64,000 bases of DNA, from assembly GCA_043228905.1 (NCBI GenBank), contig JBHGNT010000015.1:18600001-18664000 (forward strand), given 5' to 3'. The notes beneath the pieces were generated by a model, which saw only the letters and a program-made list of their open reading frames with translations, was not told where the DNA came from and ran no database searches. Both the position numbers and the translations under genes were made by a program. The stretch is from Azolla caroliniana. Lineage: Eukaryota > Plantae > Polypodiophyta. Of the stretch, positions 27,550-40,501 are shown in pieces (position 1 is the first letter of the stretch; every line of letters begins with the position of its first letter).

Positions 27550-30500
27550 CTAAAAGCAGTGGCCTTTAGTGTTGATCAGTATGAGCCGACTCCTGGGGCC
27601 TACAACGAAGGGAAAGGGTGGCATGTGAAAAGGAAATAGCCAGCGTGGGGGCTGGTAGTTCCACCTCGGGCCACTTCCTCCTAGCGTCACCATAGGCATA
27701 GGCGTGTTCTGCCATTTCTATCAAAAGCACAAACGGACAGTGCCCACATCATTGGAGTGGTTGCAAACCTCGTCCAATGACCCTCGTAGGCAGCTGATAA
27801 GCGCGAACCATATATCCATGATCACTTCCGTTGGGGGTTGTACCAGATCTTGGAAAACCTTTAGGCATCATGCTTTCCAGACATACCACAAGGTGAAACC
27901 TGCGATCAACCTCCAAATTTCTAGGAACCTAGGGGATGCGGACAACAAGTCTCTCTCAAAATGGATCTGGTCGATTTTGCCTCTCGTGCATACATAGCAC
28001 CAACTATCCGCATTGAAGGCGTTCGTCCACCTATCAGCTGAGTGATCAATCCATGCCGCAACACTCCACGATGTTGTTCCTTCCACTTCACATGCCGCAA
28101 GGAGGCGAGTGACTTTGTCCCATACCTTTTGAGCTTGAGTGCAATCCCAAAGATAGTGTCTCAAAGACTCAATAGGTGAAGAGCAAAGTGGGCAACCTAT
28201 AGGGCCACCACTTTTACCTAGCCATTCACCAACGGGAACCACGTTATGACCGATCTACCGCCAAAAGAGCTTGATTTTTTCAAGCATGTGGAGACGCCAG
28301 AGACCCTTCCAAAAGGTAATGAGCACCTCGTCAGGGATGCCCAATGTTCGCCAGCCATTACGAAGGGGACCATTGAGTTGCAGTTGTAAAGCCTGCCCCA
28401 ATTTAGTGCTATATTTGAAGAAGTGGCGGAGTTTGCCATCATGTTTCCACCTGAAATCCCTTGGGTCCCATTCTAGTTTGACGAGGGGACGAGAACCATA
28501 TACCCATAACTTCCAATGGGGTTCCACCTTAGTAACATCCGGGTCTGTCTTCTAGATGTTATCAACTTGCGTCACCACTCGAATTGGGTGCCAAGTGCCC
28601 CTACTCTGCCTCTCCCCCAAAAATGTATCTCTTCTCGATCCACTCATGCCCTTCAACAACTTAACCATTCCAACCTCATCAAAGAGACCGAACCATGCAT
28701 CTTCTCGTACTTCCCCCATTGGAACCCTATCAACTGCCTCAACTATCAATCTCCGCATTTTCATAGCTCCCTTGAGGGGAGGGAATGGGTCCTCTTGGGC
28801 TCCCATTGGAGAAACCATGCGTCTCCAATCGTTTATAGAGTGAAGCCTTGTCTGCGCCAACTTTCCCCATGCTAGGCCCTTAAGTTGCCCCTAACATCAT
28901 GTCATCACTTGTTCGCACCCGAGGATTCCAAAATAAAGGTTGTCTAGTCCACTCAATTAGTGTCTCCGGAGTGTGCTTGACCAAATGTTGTCGCACATGA
29001 CACCATGCCAGCAAGATGGAGTTCGTTACCCCTCCTCCGATTGACAAGCCATCTTGGCTAGGACTCCGCTCGTGCAACACCAATTCAAGGAGTTAGGCCA
29101 AGTCCTACCATACTTGGGAGTCCCTACTTGCAACCTGTTGCGAAGTAGTACCTTCCAACACCCCTTGCATGGCAGAAGGCAACGAACCACCAATTTGGCC
29201 AGCAATGCACGACTCTGCATTAAGGGGTGATGCCAAGCCCCCCTTTGGCCCGCAGTTGCGTTAACCAACGTCATGACACTCTGGTAGCAACCATTGGGTT
29301 GTCCTTACCGGACCATATAAACCCCCTGATGGCAACCTTAATCGCATGCAAACCTGTCGGGTCCATAATCCACATTATATGTTAGGTACCTATAAGTACT
29401 CGCTATCAGCACACTACTGGTAGCAGTCCGATAGAGTGTAGAAGTGCATTTCCTCCATTTTTGGGGTAGGCCCATAGCTCTCATCACGTTTTCCAAGAAG
29501 GGCCATAGTACCCTGTCGTAGGCCTTCTCAAAGTCTAACTTCAGAATAGCCGAGCTTGAGACGGAGTGGTCTACCAATGCCATTGCTTCCCAGAGAAGCA
29601 ACACATTATCAAAGATACACCTGCTCATGATAAACCCTGTTTGATTCTCATGTATAATGTCTGATAAGAAGCTTGCTAACCGTCGAGTGAGGACTTTTGT
29701 GAGTATCTTGTAAATCGTGTTAAGGATCATTATTGGACGCCACTGGCGCAACTCCAAGCTTCGCTCTGCCGCTTTGGGAATGAGATAGATCATCCCCTCA
29801 GTCAGCCCGGTCGACATCGTTCCCAAGGACCAGATCTCCTAAACCCCGACTTCCAATGACAGGATAACACTGTCCCAATGGATCTCAAAAAAATCTCGTG
29901 AGAGACCATCGGGGCCGGGGCATGCTCCTCTCTGCAAATCTCTAAGTGCCTTCGAGAGATCTATTCGAGAAATGGGGCTATCAAGCACCATTTCCATCTC
30001 TTGGGTTACCTTGGGGTGAATGCAAGTCATCACCCTATCAACTAGCTCTATGTTTTGCCTCATATGCATAGGTGCAAGTAGGTCTTGATAGTATTGTGTT
30101 GCCATATGCAGAATCTCATCCTTGTCCTTCGTAATTGAGCCGTCAAGTTTACGCAACCCTTGTATACGTCCACCACCACCCTTGAGAGCCTTGTAATGAA
30201 AGATGTCAGTTGACCCTATCGTCTATTCTAGCCCACCATGCCACGGTTCTTCTAAATAGCATTCGGTTCCTCTCCTCCGTCCTTTCTCGCACCTTCATCT
30301 TGGCTTCCTCTAGCCTAGATCTAGACCAATTGCAACCAGGGTATGCCTATAGCAACCGTTGCGCTACCGCAACGGACTTCCGTAATTTTATTTCTATGGC
30401 TCTAACCTGCTGGAGGGCCCGCTTGGTCTCTTGTTGTAAAAAGGAGGAGGAGAGGGCCAGTTTTTTTTGCAAATCCTCACTGGCCAATTCTCTTACAATG

Positions 30501-30917
30501 GTTTCTTGCCTTCACCTCTTCACTCTTCATGATCTTTGTGGGGATTTTCACATTAAGACTCCCCTTTCTGTCGTTGGGTGGGTTAAGGTCTAGTCTCATA
30601 GGTTGGTGATTAGAAAAGGTAAGACTTGCCAAGATAGCAAAGGAGCCCCCCAGCTCTTCAAGGGATGAGAGCTCATCCCTTGAAGAGCTGATGTATATGC
30701 GGTCTAATCGTGCAAGGCTACCACCCCTAACATTCACAATGGCTCTAGAGAAGTGCATCGAATGTGAGCATCTCCTAAGGGAAGAGCCCCATGTATCTTT
30801 CACCCCAATTTTGCCAATTAAGAAAGCCCATGAATCCAGCTCCGCACCATGAATTGGTCTTTGGGTCCCCCCTTTCTTGTCTCCCAGGTGCTCAGTCATG
30901 TTGAAATCACCAGTCAT
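27550..30917 (-). mobile_element. Degenerate L1-type LINE (ORF2 remnant), 5' truncated, with internal RT deletion
   Basis: Endonuclease GDFN and ARLDRIY; RT N-terminal motifs PGPDG, WRPIMILNTIYKIL, NQTGF, KLDFEKAYDRV; zf-RVT CPLC...ESLRHYLWDC. Many stops and frameshifts. The boundaries are approximate. Confidence 0.9.
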
Positions 30918-33677
30918 GTTATAAACCTAAAGCTTGAGAGAAAGAAAGAAAATAGACATGATTGTTGGCTCATTGAGCTCAATTAATATACCCATGCTCA
31001 TGCTAATAGTGTGGACCTCAACATTTTTTGCTATGTCAGATAAACTCTTTGGCCAATCATCTTCCACTATTTGTGGTGGTATTTGGGTGAATTGATTGAG
31101 TCATTAATCTTGTTTGCATTTGTTTGGTTGATTAGGTGTTCACTAGTCACAAAAATGTTCATTTTGACCCCACATGCTTTGGGACAACCCCAAGTTAGAT
31201 GGAACCCTCAGTTCATGTCCGTCTCTGATTCCAAACATCTCAAATTGCAAGTAACATGAATGAAATTTTAAATGTTTCTTGTTCATGTAAGACATCCAAT
31301 TGCCACCCCTCGATATCAAACAACTCCAATGTGCTCAATTGCTCGTACATAACCCAATGACACTCCCCATCTTACACTACCATACTCACCACTAACTAGT
31401 CTAAACTAATTTCACCCCAATCCTTTCCACCATCCACCCCCATCACCAACACCACACTCCTTCTTTCCAATCCTCCACTTGCTTCACCCCATCCCCCACC
31501 ACCAACCAAGCCTTCCAAATTCCCGACCCTATTCTCGTTCTTAACAAACCTCCACCTCTCCTCCAAATCACATCCTTTCTTTTCATTATCCTATGCTCAA
31601 TAGATGACAACTTGTCAAAGAACGTATAAGATGGTGCAACCAGGACTTACCCTGATTAGTTTAGGGGAAATGTATTAGTCATCGTATGTTTTAGTAGTGC
31701 AAACATTGAGATTGCATGAACAAGGAGGAAGATACTTGGTAAAACTCAAGAAAAGGTATAGTGTACCCACAAGTATGAAAGGAGACAAGTGGCCCAAATT
31801 GAAATTGTAAAGAGGTATAAAAGGTAATGATTTATCTTCTCTCTCTTTCTCTGGACTTGTAATCTTGACTCTCCCTCTCTCTCATTATATGAAATAATTA
31901 GTTGTAAGTATTTTACCGTAAGCCTTCCACTAATCATTGGTATGAACATGGACACAATTAATGACGTGTGTTCATTCTTTATAAGTATGTGTTGTTTACT
32001 TTTACTAAGTGATTAAATTAATTAAATTGCTCATTAGCTAAGTGAATGTGGTCAGATAGTTGAGAGAGATTCGTTTTGAGCATGCAACATAACCTTTAGT
32101 AGGCTTGGTAGTGATTCATCATTAACGATATGGTGGATGATACTTTGTTCCACAATACAACCTTTGCAAGGAGCCATAAGTTTAGACAAGATTAATACAT
32201 GCACGTAGTATTGCACACTTTGAGTAGGCATAAACTCTAAATTTAATGTGACCATCTCAAAGCCTTTCAATATACAAGTTTTGACATCTCAAAATTTCAA
32301 AAAATGATCCATTAATCTCTTATTCAAATACATATTGGGATTGTTATGTTTGTTATTGCAAAAACTTACGTCAAATTGCTTAGGATACATCTCAAGGTTG
32401 TTATGTTGCTATATTGTAAATACTCGCATCAAATAGTTTATGATACAAGTCAAGGTTGTTATGTTTGCTATAGTGCAAATACTTAACATCAAATCGCTAA
32501 ACAAAGTTGTTATGCTAAGGGTCAAGATTATGTAGTTTATGACATTAATCCAACAAATAAGTACAATGTAATATTCTATAAGGATACAAACATTTGAGGT
32601 TCGAAGAAATATGGTAGAAGAGAATGTTGAAGACAAACAATGGTGGGTGTAGGTCAAATATGCAAGAATCAAGAAAGAAAGAAAGAAGAGGGGCCACACC
32701 TTACAATTGAGGTGATGGGGTATGTAATATGTATCATGCTTCTGTGCAACAAGAAAAGGAAACGAGAAATAGACTATCAAGGTGGTAGTCACTAGTATAT
32801 ATGTAATAACTTAATTAAAGATACCTCATAATTGCAACTTGAGTATGTGAAGCCTCCAAGACTATTCAAGGAAATGATGACATATTCTTTAGTTTTAATA
32901 ACCCTATAAGAGGTTATATTTCCAACCTAGCATATTGGTCATAGTCAAATGCATACAAGAAACATGGTCACATTGTAAATTGTAGAGGGCGACCCTTTAT
33001 TAGGTAGCAATGGCTAAGGCCCAATGGGTGCGTAGAATGAGAGGTGCCCTTTAGGTTTTTAACTTGTATAAATAATAAAAGGGCAAGAGCTCTCAAAGTG
33101 CTTTTGGGTGCCCCAACATTGACGCTACTTTTGGTGCTCGTTCGCTTCCCTTTGCATCCACTAAGAGCCGCTTTACTCAGTGTAGCTTTTCTAGAGTAAT
33201 TAATCGAGATATACATGTTTTCCACTAAAGATCCAAGTTTATCATTGTCTCGAGTTCTTACAAATCCAATGTTCTTGGCACTTTGTATGTAAACCTAACG
33301 AACTCTCAAACATAATGAATGCATCTATTTATTGCTTTGATATGAGAGCGTACTGATACCCCGAGTTCGTACGAGTTTTTATGTTTTGAAGGTTGCAAGA
33401 TGGAGAAGGATCAACACATATAGAACAATTAAGGGAACAAAGGTATAATGCCATCCTCAATAGTGAGGGGAACAATATGGCCACATCCTTGGCTCATGCG
33501 GATGCCATGTGAGTGGGGGGTAATTATATCATATTTTCATCACTTAGTCATCGGGAATATAAGTATTCTCCATGCATGCGGCCATGCATGGGGACACCTA
33601 TCACACATACATGCAAAAGCACCATATACATGTGGTCAAGTGCTAGACCTAAGCCCGGTCCATGCGCATGATCAAAT

Positions 33678-33996
33678 CATTCTCATACACATAAATTTGC
33701 CTTCGTATACTAAATACAAAGGAATCGATCTACGGAATGAAGATATTTTGTCGAGACATCTGTGTCGGGATATGCATGCTTGAAAAAACCTCTATAGAGC
33801 ACTCGATAATACGACAAAACTAGAGGTTCTTGTCGGGTCATTCTCATACACCTACATTGCCTTCGTATACTATATATACAAAGGAATCGATCTACGGAAT
33901 GAAGATATTTTGTCGAGACATCTGTGTCGGGATACGCATGCTTGAAAAAACCTCTATAGACCCCTCGATAATGCAACAACTAGAGGCTCTTGTCGG
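33678..33996. repeat. ~160-bp tandem duplication
   Basis: cattctcatacac...aggaatcgatctacggaatgaagatattttgtcgagacatctgtgtcggg...gaaaaaacctctataga occurs twice. Confidence 0.9.
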
Positions 33997-34180
33997 AGTC
34001 GACGAAGGTGTGAATCCGAAACACTCGAAAGGGTTCCATGGAAGATGGGGGAAGGTTAGGGAAAGGAAGAAGATTATGTATGGAAGTGGGAAGGAAGAAG
34101 AAGAAGATGGGAAGGGGTTAAGCCCCTGTCTGAATGCTCATATCATATCCCCATGAATCCAATCCATCATGATGCATGTA

Positions 34181-34211
<31 letters not shown>

Positions 34212-34233
34212 CCCATCCATGATTCTCCCCCCA

Positions 34234-34705
34234 AATGAATTGAAAGGACCCCATCCATCAAGCTAAATCTATTTGCATTTCTGCTCCTGTTTTCCATGAA
34301 TTGAAAGGACCCCATCCATCAAGCTAAATCTGTTTGCATTTCTGCTCCTGTTTTCCATGAATTGAAAGGACCCCATCCATCAAGCTAAATCTGTTTGCAT
34401 TTTCTGCTCCTGTTTTCCTTCCATGAATTGAAAAGGACCCATCTCCATCAAGCTAAATCTGTTTGCATTTTCTGCTCCTGTTTTCCTTCCATGAATTGAG
34501 AAGGGACCCATTTAGCTGCATCCATTTGCATTTTCTGCCCTGTTTCCTTCCATGAATTGAAGGTCCCATCAAGCTATAAATCCATTTGCATTTCTGCCCT
34601 GTTTTCCTTGAATTGAAGGGCCCATCGAGCTGAATCCATTTGCATTTCTGCGAATTGAAGGAGACCCATCAAGCTAAATCCATTCCGAATTCTGCTCTGT
34701 TTTCC
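34234..34705 (+). repeat. 61-68 bp tandem array (~8 copies) immediately upstream of the ArgD start codon
   Basis: Unit atgaattgaaaggaccccatccatcaagctaaatctgtttgcatttctgctcctgttttcc starts at 34235, 34296, 34357, 34423, 34491, 34552, ~34608 and ~34650. Confidence 0.95.
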
Positions 34706-34730
34706 ACCCAATCGGTCTTAACTCTCTGAC

Positions 34731-37700
34731 ATGAATTCTCTGCTTCAATCTCCACTCTGCAACATCTCCACACCGCCGCCCGGTGTTCGTCCCCTTCTTC
34801 CTCACACAGAAAAGAATCGTTCCTCTCTGTTTTTCTCATGGGGACCTCAGCTCCATGTCTCCAAGAATCATTGCTCTTCTTTACCCAGGATCCTAGGTGT
34901 GGGTCGTGGCTCTGCTTATATAATCACCTACAATGAAGAAGAGAAAATCCAAAGAGAAGGAGAGAAGAAAGAAACAAGGGGAAAAGATGAAGAAACAGAG
35001 GGAGAAAAGCATGAAGAAGAAGAATTAACGCGATCGGCCACCATACCTCCAGGAGAAGAGGATTCTTTGGAATCTGAGAGGAATCTCTCGAGTAAAGAAA
35101 CAATTGAGAAAGAATCCCGACTCTTTGTTCCCACATATTCTCGCTCTCCTGTGGTTTTTGCAAAAGGATCTGGCTGCAAACTGTATGACGTGGAAGGAAA
35201 AGAGTATATTGACATGTGTGCAGGCATTGCCGTGAATGCTTTAGGCCATGGTGATAAGGCTTGGGTTAATGCTATAACAGAGCAAGCTTCTCTCTTATCT
35301 CATGTTAGCAATGTCTTCCACACTGAACCACAGGCAAGAATGAATCTACTGGTTTTCCTGTTTTTTCTTCTTTTTTTTCATTTGTTGATCATGCTTGCTA
35401 TAGTGTTTCGTTTTCTATTCACTTCATGAAGAAATGGTATTCTTGCTTGTTATGGTTCTTTTTTATTTGTGAAATTCTATTGAGAGGAAATGTTCTTGTT
35501 TAGGGTTTAGGGTTCTTTTTCTTATTTGGGCATTCTATGAAGAAATGTTCTTGTTGCTTGTTATGTTTATTTTTTTCTTCATTCTGTGAATATATATTCA
35601 CCTTGCTTGTCATGGATTTTTTCCTCTCTATGTATTGATATATGTATGTGTGATAGTTATTGAAAGTCATGTATGACATTATGCTTAATAGGGGTTTTCA
35701 TGTATTTCACCTGTGCATTTGTGCAACTTCTTGTTAGGTTTTTTTTTTGTCTCTCCATATACTGTATGCACACGAGCGTGTGGTGGATAAAGAATTTTAT
35801 CTTTCACAATGATTTCATTTATGAAGAAACATTCTGTTTGCTCACATATGTTGTATGTGTCTGTGTATATGTGCAATATAGAGGCTATGGAGCCAGGTTG
35901 GAAGCCATGGTTTTTCATTGAATGAAGAAACACTTGAATTGTTTATTCTCATTTTTCATCTATTGCATGTATATGCGCTAGTCACAAGAACTCGGAGAAG
36001 ATGCTGTCAGTATTCTAATTTATGAAGAAGTGTTTTGTTTTCATGTTAGCTTTTTAGTTTTTCTATGTATAGTATTACACGTCTGCGTGTGTGTGCATGC
36101 TAGATAGAGGTTTTTGACTTTCACAAGAAGTAAAATGTGAAGTTATGATTTCTTTTATGAAGAAACTTTATGTTTGCTTGTTAGGGTTTTTCCGTCCCAT
36201 GTATTGTAATATACCCCGCTAGATAGAGGCATTAACTTTCGCATGAAATCATGTTAGAAGCTATGATTCTCATTTGTGAAGAAATATTTTGCTTGCTTTC
36301 TAGGAGTTTCCTCTATATGCCATTTTGGCTTGAAGTCACGTTAGAAGCTATGATTCTCATTTGTGAAGAAATATTTTGCTTGCTTGCTAGGAGTTTCCTC
36401 TATATGCCATTCTGGATTCTTAAAAACATTAATATATCTTTCTTTCTATATTGTATGTGTGTGGATAGATAAGCATTTTAACATTCAGAAGAAGCCTAAG
36501 AGGTTTTTCATCCTCTAGTTTTCTACATGTTCCATTCAATGAATCATGCTTATTCAGGTTAAATATGTAATTAGGACAGTGCAATTCTAAGAAGCAAGAA
36601 CTGTTTATGAGGATTAACATCATTTATAGTTCTTTCTCAGGTCAAACTTGCGGAACGCTTGGTGAATTCATGCTTTGCGGATCGAATCTTCTTTTGCAAC
36701 TCTGGTACCGAAGCAAATGAAGCAGCCATCAAATTTGCGCGGAAGTACCAACGGTCCAAGCTCAAAGAGAAGAATGAAGAATCGAAGCCGTCCGCCACTG
36801 AGTTTGTGGCGTTCTCCAATAGTTTCCATGGAAGGACTATGGGATCTCTTGCACTTACGAGCAAGGAGAAATATCGTGCACCATTCGAGCCGATAATGCC
36901 TGGTGTAGAGTTTGTAGAGTTTGGGGACTTGGAGGCATCACAAAAGGCTATTCAACCAGGTAGAACTGCAGCAGTTTTTGTTGAACCTGTGCAAGGTGAG
37001 GGTGGTATCTATCCTGCTATGTTACCATTCCTTAGAGGCCTTCGTACGCGTTGCGATGAAACTGGAGCATTGCTGGTCTTCGATGAGGTACCATTGATTA
37101 TTTTGCATCAGAGTGTTTTAATTTTAAATTTGCTTTTGTGTTTGTGAGCAAGTGGGCGAGACATGGTGTGCATTTTAAGTTTATGTTTCCGTTTGTTATT
37201 ATTAATATCATAGTATGAACCATACGTAACATACGTGCATTCGCATTCGCGAAAGAAAAACACCCTCAAAGAATGATAAATATCATACTTTTGGATTAAC
37301 TATTTATTATGAGGTAGATAAGCCTAAAAATGGAAAAAAAAAACAAAAAAAACATTAAAAAAATGGGAAAAAAACAAAAAAAAAAACACAAGAATGTTTG
37401 GATAACATTCGCATTCGTTTTCCAACGTAGGAAAACGAATGTTATACTAGACGAACACGAATTTTACGTACTATGATTAATATTATACATATATGTGTCG
37501 ACTTTTGGTACTCTGATATTTTATTGTTGTGTATGCGCGTTTATGGTGCTAGTGTTGATGGTGTCACCCTCATGATTTTGGTGGGCTATGAAGAAGGTTA
37601 GGTGTAGTCTTGTGTACTGAGTAAGGCTAGAAGTTTCTCCTTATTGTAGAGATGGCTAGAGATTTTTACATTTATATCTATTTGTGTAAACCAGTCAAAT

Positions 37701-39031
37701 ATTTAAGTGTTGTGACATCTCGAAACTTATTTTTTTGCCGATGATTTTGGTGACCTTGAAATTTTGGCAGCGACGACAAGATGTAATTTTGTTCTGTCAC
37801 TATGTGAATGCTTTGAAAAGATTGTTCATAAATTTGCCTTTTAGAAATTCCGTTTCTGTAAAAAGTGGTCTCTGGGAGGCTTGGAATTTGAAAGGAAAAA
37901 AACGAAGTTGTCCTTGTAGTATGATTGTTTAGTAGGAAAGGGAAAAACTCTAAATAACCCTAACATGTTTGACTATTTACCAGACTATTTACCAGAATCT
38001 CAACCAGAATGCCTGTTACCCATGTAATACCGGATTTTCTTCTACTAAGGGGTATTCTGGTAAAAATTTGGAAACTTTGGGGCGTATTGATGAAGATCCT
38101 AGTTGCTAGCATTTTGCATTTAGCAAATAAATATATACTTCCCCTAATGTTGTTTTTAAGACTACACATGATTTCCTCCTGTTTTGGAAGTTCAAAGTGT
38201 TCTGATGCTTTTATTGAAAGTTTTGAATCTTAAAGCCATAGATACAATGGCCTCAAACATTTTAGATTTTGGAGGACGTGTGTACTTTTCATTTAGGAGA
38301 AATAACTAAAGCTGCCCCTTTCTACAGTGTGAAAGTTCAAGAAAATAATGACTTATCTTTTAAAGTTATTTCTTAAAAATTATCAATACTCTATGATTTG
38401 TTGAAGTTTTGAACTGTTAATGTTTTTTCTTGGAAGATATTGAACCTTAAAAGACAATTGAATGATTTCAGACTGCTCAACTTTGTTGGTTTCACTGATG
38501 CAGGTGCAATGTGGCCTGGGTCGAACAGGGCTATTGTGGGCATATGAACATTATGGAGTTTTGCCAGACATTATGACTGTGGCGAAGCCCTTAGCAGGGG
38601 GTCTTCCGATTGGGGCAGTTCTAGTAACCGAAGCAGTTTCTTCTTCTATCGAGTTTGGTGACCACGGGAGCACATTTGCGGGGGGACCCCTCATATGCCA
38701 TGCGGCCCTCGCAGTTCTCGACCGGATACAAGAACCTGGTTTCTTAGAAACTGTCGCTGCTAAGGGGCAGTTCCTACGTGGCCTCCTAACCGAGAAGCTT
38801 GGAAGCAACCCACATGTGAAGGAGGTTCGAGGTATGGGTTTGCTTGTTGGTGTTGAGCTTGATGTACCTGCAGGACCCTTGGTTAAGGCTGCGCTTGAAC
38901 ACGGGCTTCTGGCTCTAACGGCGGGGAATGGGAATATAGTGAGGCTTGTCCCGCCCCTCGTCATCACCGAGGACGAAATGAAGCAAGGTGTTGAAATCCT
39001 TTTGGAGTGCATGACAGCCTTAGATTCATAA
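34731..39031 (+). CDS. argD: Acetylornithine aminotransferase, organellar (arginine biosynthesis; ArgD/WIN1-like), about 525 aa
   Basis: Exons 34731-35333 (GC donor), 36641-37087 and 38504-39031. Motifs: [71 protein letters not shown] (PLP lysine) and HGSTFAGGP. The N-terminus is transit-peptide-like. Confidence 0.95.
37209..37475. mobile_element. Non-autonomous hAT-type MITE in ArgD intron 2
   Basis: Termini CATAGTA...TACTATG are flanked by a perfect 8-bp TSD ATTAATAT (37201-37208, 37476-37483). Subterminal cattcgcattcg motifs are present. Confidence 0.8.
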
Positions 39032-40501
39032 AAGGAAAAAAGGTTTTCGACAAAACCTTTGGTTGGGCTTTTTTGTATGGTGATGCCGTATATAAGGTAG
39101 TAAATCATTAATTATGGTGGAATATGAACCTTTTCTTTGTCATTTTACGTCAATTGACACGAAAGGGGGTCTGTGGCTTAAGAAAGTAAAGGGATCTCAA
39201 TCAAACCAGTAGGCGAAGTTTTCTTGGGTTTGTGGTATATGGGGTTTTGTCTTTTTGCAGCTTTGATGTTTTAAGTCTTCAAAGTCTTTAAGAAGGATAC
39301 AATATTTTCCCACTTAATAATCAATGCAAAATACATTGTGTTGCTCAGAATGAGTAGGCTATATATGAAAAAAGAAAATGTAAATGTAATATGAAAGTAT
39401 AGCCAAATGTAAGGCTTATTGTCTTGATACAAAGCAATGTACAAAAATGGAGGGGAAGTGTTGCGGGAAGTGTTGCAAGCAATGTGTTAAAATTGGTATT
39501 TGTTTAAAGCGAGAGAGAGTAGTTCATAACATTATCTTTGGTCTACCTTGGTACATGAAACTACCCAATGTCGATACCATCTCAATAACGGCATCGAAGA
39601 GAAACCTTGGTTGAGGCATGAAAAGAAATATGCTTAGAAAAAAAAACAAAACCGTGGTATTTATTATAGTGGCACCAATTTTGTTATGAGGGCAACATCA
39701 TGTTTTACCACATGAGATTCACTCTTATATGATCGCTAGAGAAGCGAGTGACATTTTACATTACTTGAACAAGTCTTAATTTATGTGAGATTAGTTAGGT
39801 GTGAAAAGCACCATATGTGCATCCATAGTTTCTACACATTTCATGCTTTGAAACAATGTTTCACATGATCCATAAAAATGAGGGCGTCAACAAGATCGAG
39901 AATCCAACATATTGCATATTGTTAGATCACATAAGAATTGCGCATAATGAAGGACAAATGCATACTACAATTTTCACATTCTCTCCATCATGATTAAACA
40001 CTTATTCAAAGACTTGCACACATATACATCATATGCTAGAGATGAGTCAGGCTTATGTTGATGCCAGATTGGATTGCATATGAGCTTCTATGCAAGGATG
40101 AACACAACAGTGACACTCGACACTCGGGATGTTTAGGGTGAGTTACGGAAGTGTGATTGGGACAGGTATGATGGATGTATGCCATGGAAGCAACAATCGG
40201 TTCAAATGCTCCATGAAGAACGAATGTCTTATAATCCGATAGTCACAAAGGTCATACATGGTTCAGAATAATGGTTTGGGAATGAGCAATTGAAAAGATG
40301 TGAACTTTCTTGTGTACCCTCCCCCCCACCCCCCTCAAAACCAAAGTTATGAATGTTATGTGGAGGGAGGGGCATTTGGGCAAATAATGAAAAGCAGGGA
40401 AGGAGTTTTCATGATTCTTCTCTCCATAGCTTGGATCCACAAACAGCAGAATACATACTGATACATCCATCCATCAGAAGGAAGGTGAAAGAGGGTGAAA
40501 G

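Noticed and set aside
30918-33300. Possible LTR-retrotransposon remnants truncating the LINE (TG start at the junction, PPT-like purine tracts near 31660 and 32710)
   Set aside because: I could not identify a paired LTR, TSD or coding motif.
34234-34705. Regularly spaced repeats as a CRISPR array (also 8636-8909)
   Set aside because: They are head-to-tail tandem units without unique spacers, in a eukaryotic context with no cas genes.
37938-38100. Mutator-like inverted-repeat element in ArgD intron 2 (similar half at 61261-61315)
   Set aside because: The TIR match is too degenerate and no TSD was found.
34731-39031. ArgD as a bacterial horizontal transfer
   Set aside because: It has spliceosomal introns and a transit-peptide-like N-terminus, as expected for the standard plant nuclear gene.
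38551-39108. Long antisense ORFs over ArgD, kinase, PPR and gag coding regions
   Set aside because: These are expected shadow ORFs of coding sequence, with no independent evidence.
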